DNA of 25,919 nt from a virus. The DNA lies in UHGV virus genome UHGV-0239440. One strand, given 5' to 3'. Under the pieces are notes generated by a model, which saw only the letters and a program-made list of their open reading frames with translations, ran no database searches and was not told the origin of the DNA. Below, one piece after another: positions 1 to 7,421 of the stretch. The position numbers and the translations under genes are program-made. Position 1 is the first letter of the stretch, and the number at the start of each line of letters is the position of its first letter.

Positions 1-547
1 ACTCTATCACACAATGGAAACCATTGAATACAGAAGACCCACTCATGAGGTTATAAATATGACCAATAGAAATATATTCCTCTCGATTAGAGAGCTTAAT
101 ACATATACCTTTGTGTGGTCTCTTAGGGTCTATATCCTCCATGACTTCCATAGGGTGACCGCCAAGAGATGTCATAGTAACCTTCTTACGGTTCTCCTGT
201 TTAAGATGCATTTTAACTTTATCTAAAGTTTCTTCATAGAACGGATAAGATTCATCTACAAAGACACCCTTAAGAGGTGGCAAACAATTTTCAACCTCTC
301 TGTGATGTCGTAGAGAGAATACAATCTGGTTAAGTGTATCTCTAGTTTCTTCAGACAAATATTCATTAATGTCTTCTAAACTCAAGACTAAATACTGTCG
401 TTCCGAGGTAGTTTCTTTTTTCATAGCTATTAAGTCCTTAAAACACTTATCAGTAATCTTTGACCATTCTACAGAGTTAACCTTCTTATTACGAAGGTGA
501 ACCACATCTCTCAAGTTCTTCCAATTCATCTTGTGATGGTGTCCCAT
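1..547 (-). CDS. hypothetical protein, partial (start ATG at 547-545; continues past window edge)
   Basis: Absent from supplied ORF track. Manual minus-strand translation from ATG gives MGHHHKMNWKNLRDVVHLRNKK... with no stop codon down to position 2; GAAGAG RBS-like 4 nt upstream; lies 9 nt downstream of the stop of the 556-1020 gene on the same strand. Confidence 0.55.
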   Translation of the reverse strand, partial: MGHHHKMNWKNLRDVVHLRNKKVNSVEWSKITDKCFKDLIAMKKETTSERQYLVLSLEDINEYLSEETRDTLNQIVFSLRHHREVENCLPPLKGVFVDESYPFYEETLDKVKMHLKQENRKKVTMTSLGGHPMEVMEDIDPKRPHKGICIKLSNREEYISIGHIYNLMSGSSVFNGFHCVIE

Positions 548-555
548 AAGACTCT

Positions 556-1020
556 TCATCGTATAACTTGGTAATCTGGTACTGCAAACTTATTGTCATT
601 GTTTTTAATGAGGTCTTCTTCTGAAACTAAGAATGTAAGCCCACATAAGTGTGTGTAGTGGCTATCATACTCAAATATTTTAAGTAAGTATTTACCATCA
701 TGATAAACAGACTCTACTACACCTTTTGCAACAATCTTTCCAGTCTTGAAGTCTTTAAGAGGGTATACATTACCAACTTTAGGAACTGTTTTCATCTCAG
801 GTTCTTTCAGTTTCTCACCAGCTTCTACATCACCTAGTAAGTGAGAACTATCAAACGCTACATGTTGCATATAAGCCTCTGAGCATTCCCAGATAAAGCA
901 ACTTACAAGAACCTTAGCAGCATGTCTTGAACAATTCAACTTATCACAAATCTCTTTGTACATTTCATCTTTAGTTGAGTTGTTAAGCATTGCTTTTTGA
1001 ACGACTTCTTTAATTTTCAT
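556..1020 (-). CDS. hypothetical protein (154 aa)
   Basis: ORF track; part of tightly packed minus-strand operon. Confidence 0.6.
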   Translation of the reverse strand: MKIKEVVQKAMLNNSTKDEMYKEICDKLNCSRHAAKVLVSCFIWECSEAYMQHVAFDSSHLLGDVEAGEKLKEPEMKTVPKVGNVYPLKDFKTGKIVAKGVVESVYHDGKYLLKIFEYDSHYTHLCGLTFLVSEEDLIKNNDNKFAVPDYQVIR

Positions 1021-1073
1021 TTCGCTACCTTCTAAGTTCCTATAAAGGGGCTATCAAGTAACCCCTCAAGTTG

Positions 1074-1298
1074 TTACTCAGACTTTTCAGTCTTCTTATC
1101 AGATTTCTTACTAGCCTTCTTCTCAGCTTTCTGCTCAGGTTCCTTCTCAGAAGTTTCCTTGATAATCATATCAAGAAGCTCTGATAAGTCACTCTTCAGC
1201 AGAGTAACAGGCTGCTCATTGTAGAAGTTTTTATCAAGATATTCTTTGAACTCTTCAATAGAAGGAAATCCAAAAATTGGTACAGGTGTCTTAATCAT
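1074..1298 (-). CDS. hypothetical protein with Lys/Glu-rich C-terminal tail (74 aa)
   Basis: ORF track; C-terminus KAEKKASKKSDKKTEKSE is low-complexity basic/acidic. Confidence 0.5.
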   Translation of the reverse strand: MIKTPVPIFGFPSIEEFKEYLDKNFYNEQPVTLLKSDLSELLDMIIKETSEKEPEQKAEKKASKKSDKKTEKSE

Positions 1299-1374
1299 TA
1301 CTTAGTTTCTCCATAGGCATCTTTTAAGATTGCCTTGTTAATCATTTCAGCGATTGCAAAACGAACACATACAG

Positions 1375-1878
1375 CTATAATTGTAGGTTGCATTCTTTAC
1401 TTACCTCTTCAAGTTTAACCTCAGAGTCCTTAAGTCGTTTCTTATGAACTCTGAATCTCATTAGTGAGATGATGATACCAGCTAAAGGAACAACATACAA
1501 GTACCAAACATCATATGCCTTTGCAGTAATCTGTGTAATGGTCAAGTCTTGAGCTATGTAACTAATTGCTGATACGGCTAGTAATGTTGCTAAGAAGAAA
1601 ACCAGTATCATAGCAATACTTAAACAACCTCTGGCATGGTGTTCATGCTTAATGCACTTATTCTTTTCGTCAACAACTCTGTTGTAGTCATTTGTAAAGT
1701 CTCTGTAGAAAGCTTTCAAGTATTCTTGACTGTAGCCTTCAAAGCAACCTGTACCATACCAATAACCACCACCAAAATGTGCTATGATACCAGTATCTCC
1801 ATTTGGTTTGGTTACTCTTAAAGAAGTATGATGGCGAGTATCCTGAAAATCTATTTTGTATCTTTCTTCGTAAATCAT
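1375..1878 (-). CDS. putative membrane protein (167 aa)
   Basis: ORF track 1375-1908 trimmed to internal ATG at 1878, which has a GAGGGG RBS and forms an ATGA overlap with the stop of the upstream gene; two hydrophobic segments in C-terminal half (LSIAMILVFFLATLLAVSAISYIA and VWYLYVVPLAGIIISLM). Confidence 0.55.
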   Translation of the reverse strand: MIYEERYKIDFQDTRHHTSLRVTKPNGDTGIIAHFGGGYWYGTGCFEGYSQEYLKAFYRDFTNDYNRVVDEKNKCIKHEHHARGCLSIAMILVFFLATLLAVSAISYIAQDLTITQITAKAYDVWYLYVVPLAGIIISLMRFRVHKKRLKDSEVKLEEVSKECNLQL

Positions 1879-2093
1879 TTTCCAACCCCTCTCAATCGTT
1901 TGTTCCACTCAAGGTCAACAAGTCTTTGCAGGACTTTCCCTCTAGGTGTTACACCTTTTAAATCTGCATCGTAGCAACGGTAAAAGTCACCTTCAGCGTG
2001 TTTACCATAGCATTTTCTGATGTTCTGACTCCTACGATATTGTTCTAATAGAGACAGCCTGTAGTAATCTTCAACTGTAGTTAGTTTTTTCAT
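1875..2093 (-). CDS. hypothetical protein (72 aa)
   Basis: ORF track 1875-2108; second ATG at 2093 preferred because of GGTGA RBS 6 nt upstream. Confidence 0.45.
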   Translation of the reverse strand: MKKLTTVEDYYRLSLLEQYRRSQNIRKCYGKHAEGDFYRCYDADLKGVTPRGKVLQRLVDLEWNKRLRGVGK

Positions 2094-2176
2094 TCTTTCA
2101 CCACGCATCTTCTTAAGAAACTAAAAAGGGAACTACCTCTCGATAGCTCCCATCATAGTTAGCATTGTATACTCGG

Positions 2177-2758
2177 TCAAGAGTATTTTTTAGGCAGTAA
2201 TGCGCTACGTTTGTTACTCTCTTCACTCAACAGTGCGATGAAGTCATCACCTTTGCCTTTCCACGGGCTGAATGAAGGGATATGTTCACGAATAGCTTCA
2301 ATCACTGTCTTCAGTGCTGTATTCTTCATCCACCAATCAGAATCTGCTGATGCCACTACGTAGTATCCGCCTTCATCAGTAAGGATTGGCTCTGAGATAC
2401 ACGGTGAAATCAGAGTGGTTATAATTGAACCATTATTCATGTAGTATGTGCGTTTCATAACCTTTTCAAGAAGCTTGTGAAGGTCACCGAACAGTGTTAC
2501 AAGTTCTTTATGGTCAATATCTTTTTCGAGACTAGCTCGATACTTCAAAAGTGCAGCATCAACTTCTCTGTCATTAAACTTGAAGTACTGGACTTCCTCA
2601 ACCAGACAAACGCTGATGTTGTTAACATTCATAGTCAACTTGCAGACTTTTGCAGGGGAATTGATATTTGGTTGAAAAAGTGCAATACACCCTTCAATGT
2701 TTCCAAAATGTTGTACTAATGTCACTTGTGGAGTGATACTCTGTTGCTCTTCGGACAT
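2177..2758 (-). CDS. hypothetical protein (193 aa)
   Basis: ORF track; start overlaps stop of upstream gene at 2758. Confidence 0.6.
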   Translation of the reverse strand: MSEEQQSITPQVTLVQHFGNIEGCIALFQPNINSPAKVCKLTMNVNNISVCLVEEVQYFKFNDREVDAALLKYRASLEKDIDHKELVTLFGDLHKLLEKVMKRTYYMNNGSIITTLISPCISEPILTDEGGYYVVASADSDWWMKNTALKTVIEAIREHIPSFSPWKGKGDDFIALLSEESNKRSALLPKKYS

Positions 2759-3102
2759 TACAGTTTCCTCATTAAATACTTTTTAAGTTGTGTGTTAGGT
2801 TTCTCAAAAACTTCTATAGAAGATATCTTGACAGATTCACCACGCATACCTGTATGTTTGAATATGTAGTACTCTAACATCCCTATATACTTTGCTGGTA
2901 AGTCGTGTTTGACATACACCGTTACAGAATCTTCAAATTCAATAACCTTTGTACCATCTTTGTAGTTAAACTCTTTAGGGTGGTTGTAGTTGCCTATGTC
3001 ATACATTAAAAAGAGTCTTTTCCGTTGCATATCAAGCTTATTGGTTAAAGACTCTTTGATATCTGAGAAGTTTTTGTACACTGTGACATGGAGCTTACTC
3101 AT
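2758..3102 (-). CDS. hypothetical protein (114 aa)
   Basis: ORF track; overlapping start/stop junctions with neighbours. Confidence 0.55.
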   Translation of the reverse strand: MSKLHVTVYKNFSDIKESLTNKLDMQRKRLFLMYDIGNYNHPKEFNYKDGTKVIEFEDSVTVYVKHDLPAKYIGMLEYYIFKHTGMRGESVKISSIEVFEKPNTQLKKYLMRKL

Positions 3103-3388
3103 CGTTAAACTCTCTGACGAAGAAATAGTTGACTTTGTTATTACCTACCATAAGGTCAAAGCAGGTATTTTCAAAAGGTTTGTTGTAGGCATCATATGAA
3201 ACATATGGGTCAGCTACTTGCTTAGTGCTTAACTTTTTACTTGATGGGTTTAAGAGGCCACCATACAGTTTCTTGATAGCCTCTTCTACAACAGACCAGA
3301 TAATTTCGTCAGTAATTTCTTCGTACAGGTCAAGTTCACGCTCTAGTGAGAAGTCACAAATAGGGAAAATAACCTGTACTTTACTCAT
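3095..3388 (-). CDS. hypothetical protein (97 aa)
   Basis: ORF track; overlapping junctions. Confidence 0.55.
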   Translation of the reverse strand: MSKVQVIFPICDFSLERELDLYEEITDEIIWSVVEEAIKKLYGGLLNPSSKKLSTKQVADPYVSYDAYNKPFENTCFDLMVGNNKVNYFFVREFNDE

Positions 3389-3804
3389 TAACGAATAACC
3401 TGTGTGACTTGAATTGCTTCAGTTACGGACAAATCACCTACTTTCTCTTCTTTGATAAAAGTGAAGGTGAGTTCAACAGGTTCTTCCTCTTCTTCTTCTT
3501 CTTCTTTTTCTTGCTCAACTGGAACACCATTAAGCTCATCAAAGATTGATTGGGTTGTCCAGTCTTCACCACCATCTGGGTAGTGGATTGCGTAAAGAGG
3601 GAACTCCCTGTCAAACCAACCAAATACAGGGCAGCCATCTTCATCATCTCGCACTCGATGAAGGGTGCTTCCAGACCCTGTAAAACGAAGGAATAAATCT
3701 CCGTTGCACTTGAATATTACTGCGTCGGCAAAACCAATGTCTTCTCGACCATCATGACCAAATGTGTCCACCTTTACTTGGATATCTATAACATCTTTAT
3801 TCAT
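3388..3804 (-). CDS. acidic protein with poly-Glu tract (138 aa)
   Basis: ORF track; protein contains EQEKEEEEEEEEPVE encoded by the CTT/CTC-rich run near 3480-3510 on the plus strand. Confidence 0.6.
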   Translation of the reverse strand: MNKDVIDIQVKVDTFGHDGREDIGFADAVIFKCNGDLFLRFTGSGSTLHRVRDDEDGCPVFGWFDREFPLYAIHYPDGGEDWTTQSIFDELNGVPVEQEKEEEEEEEEPVELTFTFIKEEKVGDLSVTEAIQVTQVIR

Positions 3805-4195
3805 AAAAACCTCTCTCTGCTTGTTCGATTTTCGCTTTTAGAACTTCACACCGTTCAATGTGATATCTGGCTTCATGTTCATGTGTCGCCAAAGTTCTTT
3901 CAAGAATGGTTTTATAGTAACCTGCAAGTTGCTCTCTTGTCAATGGGTTCTCTGAAATAATATCGAGACCACTTTCACCTAGAGTATTAAACTGCCCATG
4001 TTCATTTACATGGTAAGTTTCAAACTTGAATAAACCGTTATTAGCAGCCTCAATAGGTGAGAGTTCAACCAACTCAACGGTGAACATTGTATGCACTCTA
4101 TCACCAACTGTAACAACGTTACTTCCAATGATGCGTACAAGCGAACCATTACGAGTGTACTTAAAAGTCCCAAAGTCACTAGCCCAAAGCTTCAT
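3797..4195 (-). CDS. hypothetical protein (132 aa)
   Basis: ORF track; last gene before the minus-strand terminator at 4211-4236. Confidence 0.55.
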   Translation of the reverse strand: MKLWASDFGTFKYTRNGSLVRIIGSNVVTVGDRVHTMFTVELVELSPIEAANNGLFKFETYHVNEHGQFNTLGESGLDIISENPLTREQLAGYYKTILERTLATHEHEARYHIERCEVLKAKIEQAERGFYE

Positions 4196-4210
4196 AGTTT
4201 TCTCCTTAGA

Positions 4211-4236
4211 AAATAAAAAAGGCTCCCGAAGGAGCC
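4211..4236 (-). terminator. rho-independent terminator downstream of lysozyme gene
   Basis: Hairpin GGCTCC-CGAA-GGAGCC (4221-4236) followed on the minus strand by a T-run (plus-strand A-run 4211-4220). Confidence 0.7.
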
Positions 4237-4246
4237 TATGAAGATA

Positions 4247-4711
4247 TTACTTTGGATACACACTGTCAAGATAAATGTCAGCTTCCATTCTACGTCTGTT
4301 TTTCAGACCGTTTGAAGTGACCTTCTGACCTTTGACTGTAACCTTGTTCCACCACTGCATAGCTTCTGCACAACCTACCTTGTTACCAGCATTGTGGCGC
4401 TTGATAAATGTAGAATCCTGCATAGCTGTGATACCGATGTTGTATGTTTCACTTACAAGTGCATCGAACTCATTCTGAGAAGTTGGAACCTTGATAGCTT
4501 TATTCACTGCTGCAACGAACTTCTCAACATCTGCAAGAAGATACTGTTCAGCTTGTTCAGCGGTAATTTTCATACCCATCTTAACAGGTTTTCCGTCAAT
4601 ACGGATTGTACCATACCCGATTGTTGGGATTCCGGCAGAGTCTTCGTAAGCCTCTAACTTCAGACCTTCAAAGAACTTAATAGCGTCTAAACCTTTTCTT
4701 GAGAGTTGCAT
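4247..4711 (-). CDS. endolysin, T4-type lysozyme (glycoside hydrolase family 24)
   Basis: Protein N-terminus FFEGLKLEAYEDSAGIPTIGYGT aligns by eye with the T4 lysozyme catalytic region (Glu, Asp and Thr of the E11/D20/T26 triad in equivalent spacing); 154 aa; no signal peptide or TM segment. Confidence 0.85.
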   Translation of the reverse strand: MQLSRKGLDAIKFFEGLKLEAYEDSAGIPTIGYGTIRIDGKPVKMGMKITAEQAEQYLLADVEKFVAAVNKAIKVPTSQNEFDALVSETYNIGITAMQDSTFIKRHNAGNKVGCAEAMQWWNKVTVKGQKVTSNGLKNRRRMEADIYLDSVYPK

Positions 4712-5343
4712 TATTCCTCCCCTGCTGGGTTAACTGTAACTGTTGCCGCATTAGATGTCACAGAGCCACCTGCACCAGTAACTACACAGGTGTAGCTTCC
4801 TGCGTCAGCAGTGGTTGCACCTTCTTTGGTGTAAGTTGCAGCAGTTGCGCCTGGGATGACTTCCTCACCTTTCTTCCACTGATAACCTGTTGCATCAGTA
4901 GCAACAACACTTAGCGTCAAGGTGTCACCTTCTGTGATTTCTTGATTGGTTGGCTGCTGAGTGATTGCTGGTGGTTTGACAGCAGCCTTCAGCTTAGCAT
5001 TCAACATTGAGAATGGTTTAACTCTTGCCAGCCATTCACAGTAAATTGTGTCAACATCTTTACCGTTGATGATTGCATACTGTAAATCCATGAAGAAATC
5101 AGCAGTCCTCATCTGTGCACCAACACTGTAAAGGAGTTCATCACTAAAAGGGACTTTGTAGTCTGGTTTGTAGTCAAGCTTCTTAACTTCTGCGATATCA
5201 GCTTCAGGCCAATATGAGCTATAGGTGAGTGGTAAAATAGCTTCTTGATATGTTCTAAAATCATATCTCTTACCAGCCTTTACATTTGCGATGAAGCCCT
5301 TCACAAATTCTTTGAAGTCTGGGTAAGTCTTTGCTTTAATCAT
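4711..5343 (-). CDS. hypothetical protein with C-terminal Ig-like domain (210 aa)
   Basis: C-terminal ~90 aa (TQQPTNQEITEGDTLTLSVVATDATGYQWKKGEEV...AGSYTCVVTGAGGSVTSNAATVTV) has the hallmark pattern of an Ig-like domain; N-terminal ~120 aa is a paralog of the adjacent 5340-5711 product; ATGA-type coupling to the lysozyme gene. Confidence 0.6.
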   Translation of the reverse strand: MIKAKTYPDFKEFVKGFIANVKAGKRYDFRTYQEAILPLTYSSYWPEADIAEVKKLDYKPDYKVPFSDELLYSVGAQMRTADFFMDLQYAIINGKDVDTIYCEWLARVKPFSMLNAKLKAAVKPPAITQQPTNQEITEGDTLTLSVVATDATGYQWKKGEEVIPGATAATYTKEGATTADAGSYTCVVTGAGGSVTSNAATVTVNPAGEE

Positions 5344-5711
5344 TTCTTTTTAGCCTCTAAACGTGCGTTTAATCTAAAATAGTCTTTATGCTGTGGAGAC
5401 ACATCACTAACAACAATACCTTCAACTTTATAGCCCTTACCAATTACATACTGAATATCCATAAGAAACGTACCAAGCCCAACAATGTGGAACATTGGGT
5501 ATAGTAACTTATCTGAATCTGGGAGTTTAATTTCTGGGTTATAGGTGGGTTGTTCGGCAGTTGGTGTAATATCCTCTTCAGGCCATTTACTCATTCTCCA
5601 TGTTAAAGGTGATGCAATAACATCGTTGAGATTATATCTTTCACCGTTCTCCACGGAGTGGATATAGGATTGTAGGAAGCAATAAAAGTCTTTTGCACTC
5701 TTAGCCTTCAT
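5340..5711 (-). CDS. hypothetical protein, paralog of N-terminal domain of 4711-5343 product (123 aa)
   Basis: Shared motifs with neighbour: AK..DF..F...I..V..G.RY, WPE.DI, LLY, F.MD.QY.I..G, LNA.L.A. Confidence 0.55.
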   Translation of the reverse strand: MKAKSAKDFYCFLQSYIHSVENGERYNLNDVIASPLTWRMSKWPEEDITPTAEQPTYNPEIKLPDSDKLLYPMFHIVGLGTFLMDIQYVIGKGYKVEGIVVSDVSPQHKDYFRLNARLEAKKK

Positions 5712-5724
5712 TAAATATCCTTAT

Positions 5725-5748
5725 AAATAGATAAAGGGGCATTAGCCC
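5725..5748 (-). terminator. possible terminator hairpin between minus-strand genes
   Basis: GGGGC-ATTA-GCCCC hairpin (5735-5748) flanked by A/T-rich sequence; weak T-run. Confidence 0.35.
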
Positions 5749-5758
5749 CTATTTATAC

Positions 5759-6349
5759 TTAAGCTTTGGTCTTAAGTAGGTTCTTAAGCTTTTTGAGATT
5801 CATGCTCTCGTCAAACTTAAAACCAAATCCATTGACATAATCAATGAACTCGGATTTCTTACTAAGTGATAATGCGTAACTCATATCAAAGTTATTGCTT
5901 GTTTCTGCGTCTGGACTAGAGTTCACATCAAATGAAATCTCTGTAGGCTCTTGCTTGCTACTTCTCATATTATCAATCAACAGACAGGTATAGTTCGCTG
6001 GATAGAAGTTTGCACTACCATCAACATACCCATACTTATTATTGTGAATAAGGTTTGAAAATACCTTAAAGAATGTTTCTGAGTCGTGGCATACAAGTTT
6101 GAATTGACTACATTCACCAAGAGCCACTAAAGAATAAGGACTTTCACTATCAATGTCATAGTTTGGGTTTGATGTTGTAACCGTCACACGCATCAAGTTA
6201 TTGGCAATAGTCTTCTGCTTGAAAGAATTTGGAACATAGTGAAGACCTCTATCACACTGATTAACTAACTCTTTCAATAGGTCATTTGCATATGGTGAAT
6301 TAATTGATACAGAGCCATCACTATTATAATTAAAACTTACTGTTAACAT
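5759..6349 (-). CDS. hypothetical protein (196 aa)
   Basis: ORF track. Confidence 0.55.
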   Translation of the reverse strand: MLTVSFNYNSDGSVSINSPYANDLLKELVNQCDRGLHYVPNSFKQKTIANNLMRVTVTTSNPNYDIDSESPYSLVALGECSQFKLVCHDSETFFKVFSNLIHNNKYGYVDGSANFYPANYTCLLIDNMRSSKQEPTEISFDVNSSPDAETSNNFDMSYALSLSKKSEFIDYVNGFGFKFDESMNLKKLKNLLKTKA

Positions 6350-6576
6350 TTTTCAGTTCTCCTGCGATTTATGATTTTGCTGCAATAGAGAAACGAAGTA
6401 AACTCACTGGAAGAAACCATTAAGTGTTGTTCACTAGATTGAGCCATTGCCCTGAAATACATTCCAGTCAAAGCATCGTAGTGACTATTCTTTCCAATTG
6501 AGGTTATATAGCCATGACTCTTTGCAGTTTTATATAAATCTATAATATCTGCGATTTCTAATTGGGAACTACACAT
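6343..6576 (-). CDS. hypothetical protein (77 aa)
   Basis: ORF track; likely first or second gene of leftward operon. Confidence 0.4.
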   Translation of the reverse strand: MCSSQLEIADIIDLYKTAKSHGYITSIGKNSHYDALTGMYFRAMAQSSEQHLMVSSSEFTSFLYCSKIINRRRTEKC

Positions 6577-6818
6577 AGATAATCCTCTTGTCTTCTGTAA
6601 TTTTGAAAGAACAGGTACAGACCAATTTCAGAGGATGAATAGTAGAGTAACTCTACCCTTTTTGATTCCTTACAGTGATTGGTATTTTTACCTTTCTTCG
6701 GGTTGTTTGATTTTCTCATTAAGTCTCCTTTGTAGAACAAGGCAGACCTACAGCTTTAAGTAAGATGGTACAGTAATCCATACAACAAGTCAAGAACTAT
6801 TGCAAGTTAAAAAAGTTG

Positions 6819-6859
6819 TTGACAAAGGACTTGACAAGGTGTAGGCTTATAAATACTTA
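6819..6859 (+). promoter_or_regulatory. candidate rightward promoter region (tandem TTGACA hexamers)
   Basis: TTGACA at 6819-6824 and 6831-6836 with A-rich upstream tract; no well-spaced -10 (TATAAA at 6848-6853 is only 11 nt from second hexamer). Confidence 0.3.
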
Positions 6860-6968
6860 GAAGATTACTTAAAAGGTTCCTCTAAAAAGGCTATTTAAAC
6901 AGATATCTTTCTGGATATCTATCTTTTATCTTAAAAGCCTTTTAAGAGGTCTTATAAGAGGCATACCA

Positions 6969-7340
6969 ATGAAAAACAGAACAAACAAAGGCCAGTTTAA
7001 AAAAGGCCAGTCTGGAAACCCATCTGGAAGACCAAAAGGTTCTCGTAACAAAAGCTCACTTGTAAAAGCTCAACTGACCATTGATAATTCTGCTGAGTTC
7101 GCTGCAAAGCTGTTTGAGGCGATTGTTACAAGGGACGCGGCTAAGCTTGCAGAGTTCGGTTTGACGACTGACGATGTAAACCTGAAGTCAATGATGGAAG
7201 CTGGTAAAACTATCATGACCCACTCAGCAGGTGAGATGAAAGCAATTGCAGCAGACACTAAGAAGACTCCTGATAATGGTGGTCAACAACAGACAGATAA
7301 CAAACCAACGTTCTCTGCTGTAGCGACTCTCAAAAAATAA
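6969..7340 (+). CDS. hypothetical protein with N-terminal GNPxGRPKG motif (123 aa)
   Basis: ORF track; AAGAGG RBS upstream; N-terminus FKKGQSGNPSGRPKGSRNK is a motif seen at the N-termini of various phage and plasmid proteins of unknown function. Confidence 0.6.
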   Translation: MKNRTNKGQFKKGQSGNPSGRPKGSRNKSSLVKAQLTIDNSAEFAAKLFEAIVTRDAAKLAEFGLTTDDVNLKSMMEAGKTIMTHSAGEMKAIAADTKKTPDNGGQQQTDNKPTFSAVATLKK

Positions 7341-7352
7341 TTTTAAAAGGTG

Positions 7353-7382
7353 TTGACAGGCTCTACAAAGTTACTCTAAAGT
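7353..7382 (+). promoter_or_regulatory. sigma70-type promoter upstream of vWA gene
   Basis: TTGACA (7353-7358), 18-nt spacer, TAAAGT (7377-7382); TTTTAAAAGG upstream element shared with other promoters. Confidence 0.5.
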
Positions 7383-7421
7383 CTGTCACATCAAACAACA
7401 AATGAGAGAAGAGAGTAAAAT

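Noticed and set aside
14-226. Plus-strand 70-aa ORF
   Set aside because: It lies antisense within the better-supported partial minus-strand ORF (1-547) of the leftward operon.
3438-3647. Minus-strand ORF encoding a poly-lysine run (KKKKKKKKRK)
   Set aside because: It is an alternative frame of the same repeat that encodes the poly-Glu tract of the 3388-3804 product; the longer ORF with operon-consistent start is preferred.
6558-6740. 60-aa minus-strand ORF at the head of the leftward operon
   Set aside because: It overlaps the 6343-6576 ORF by 19 nt, has no clear RBS and is low-complexity; it may instead be 5-prime leader. Not excluded.
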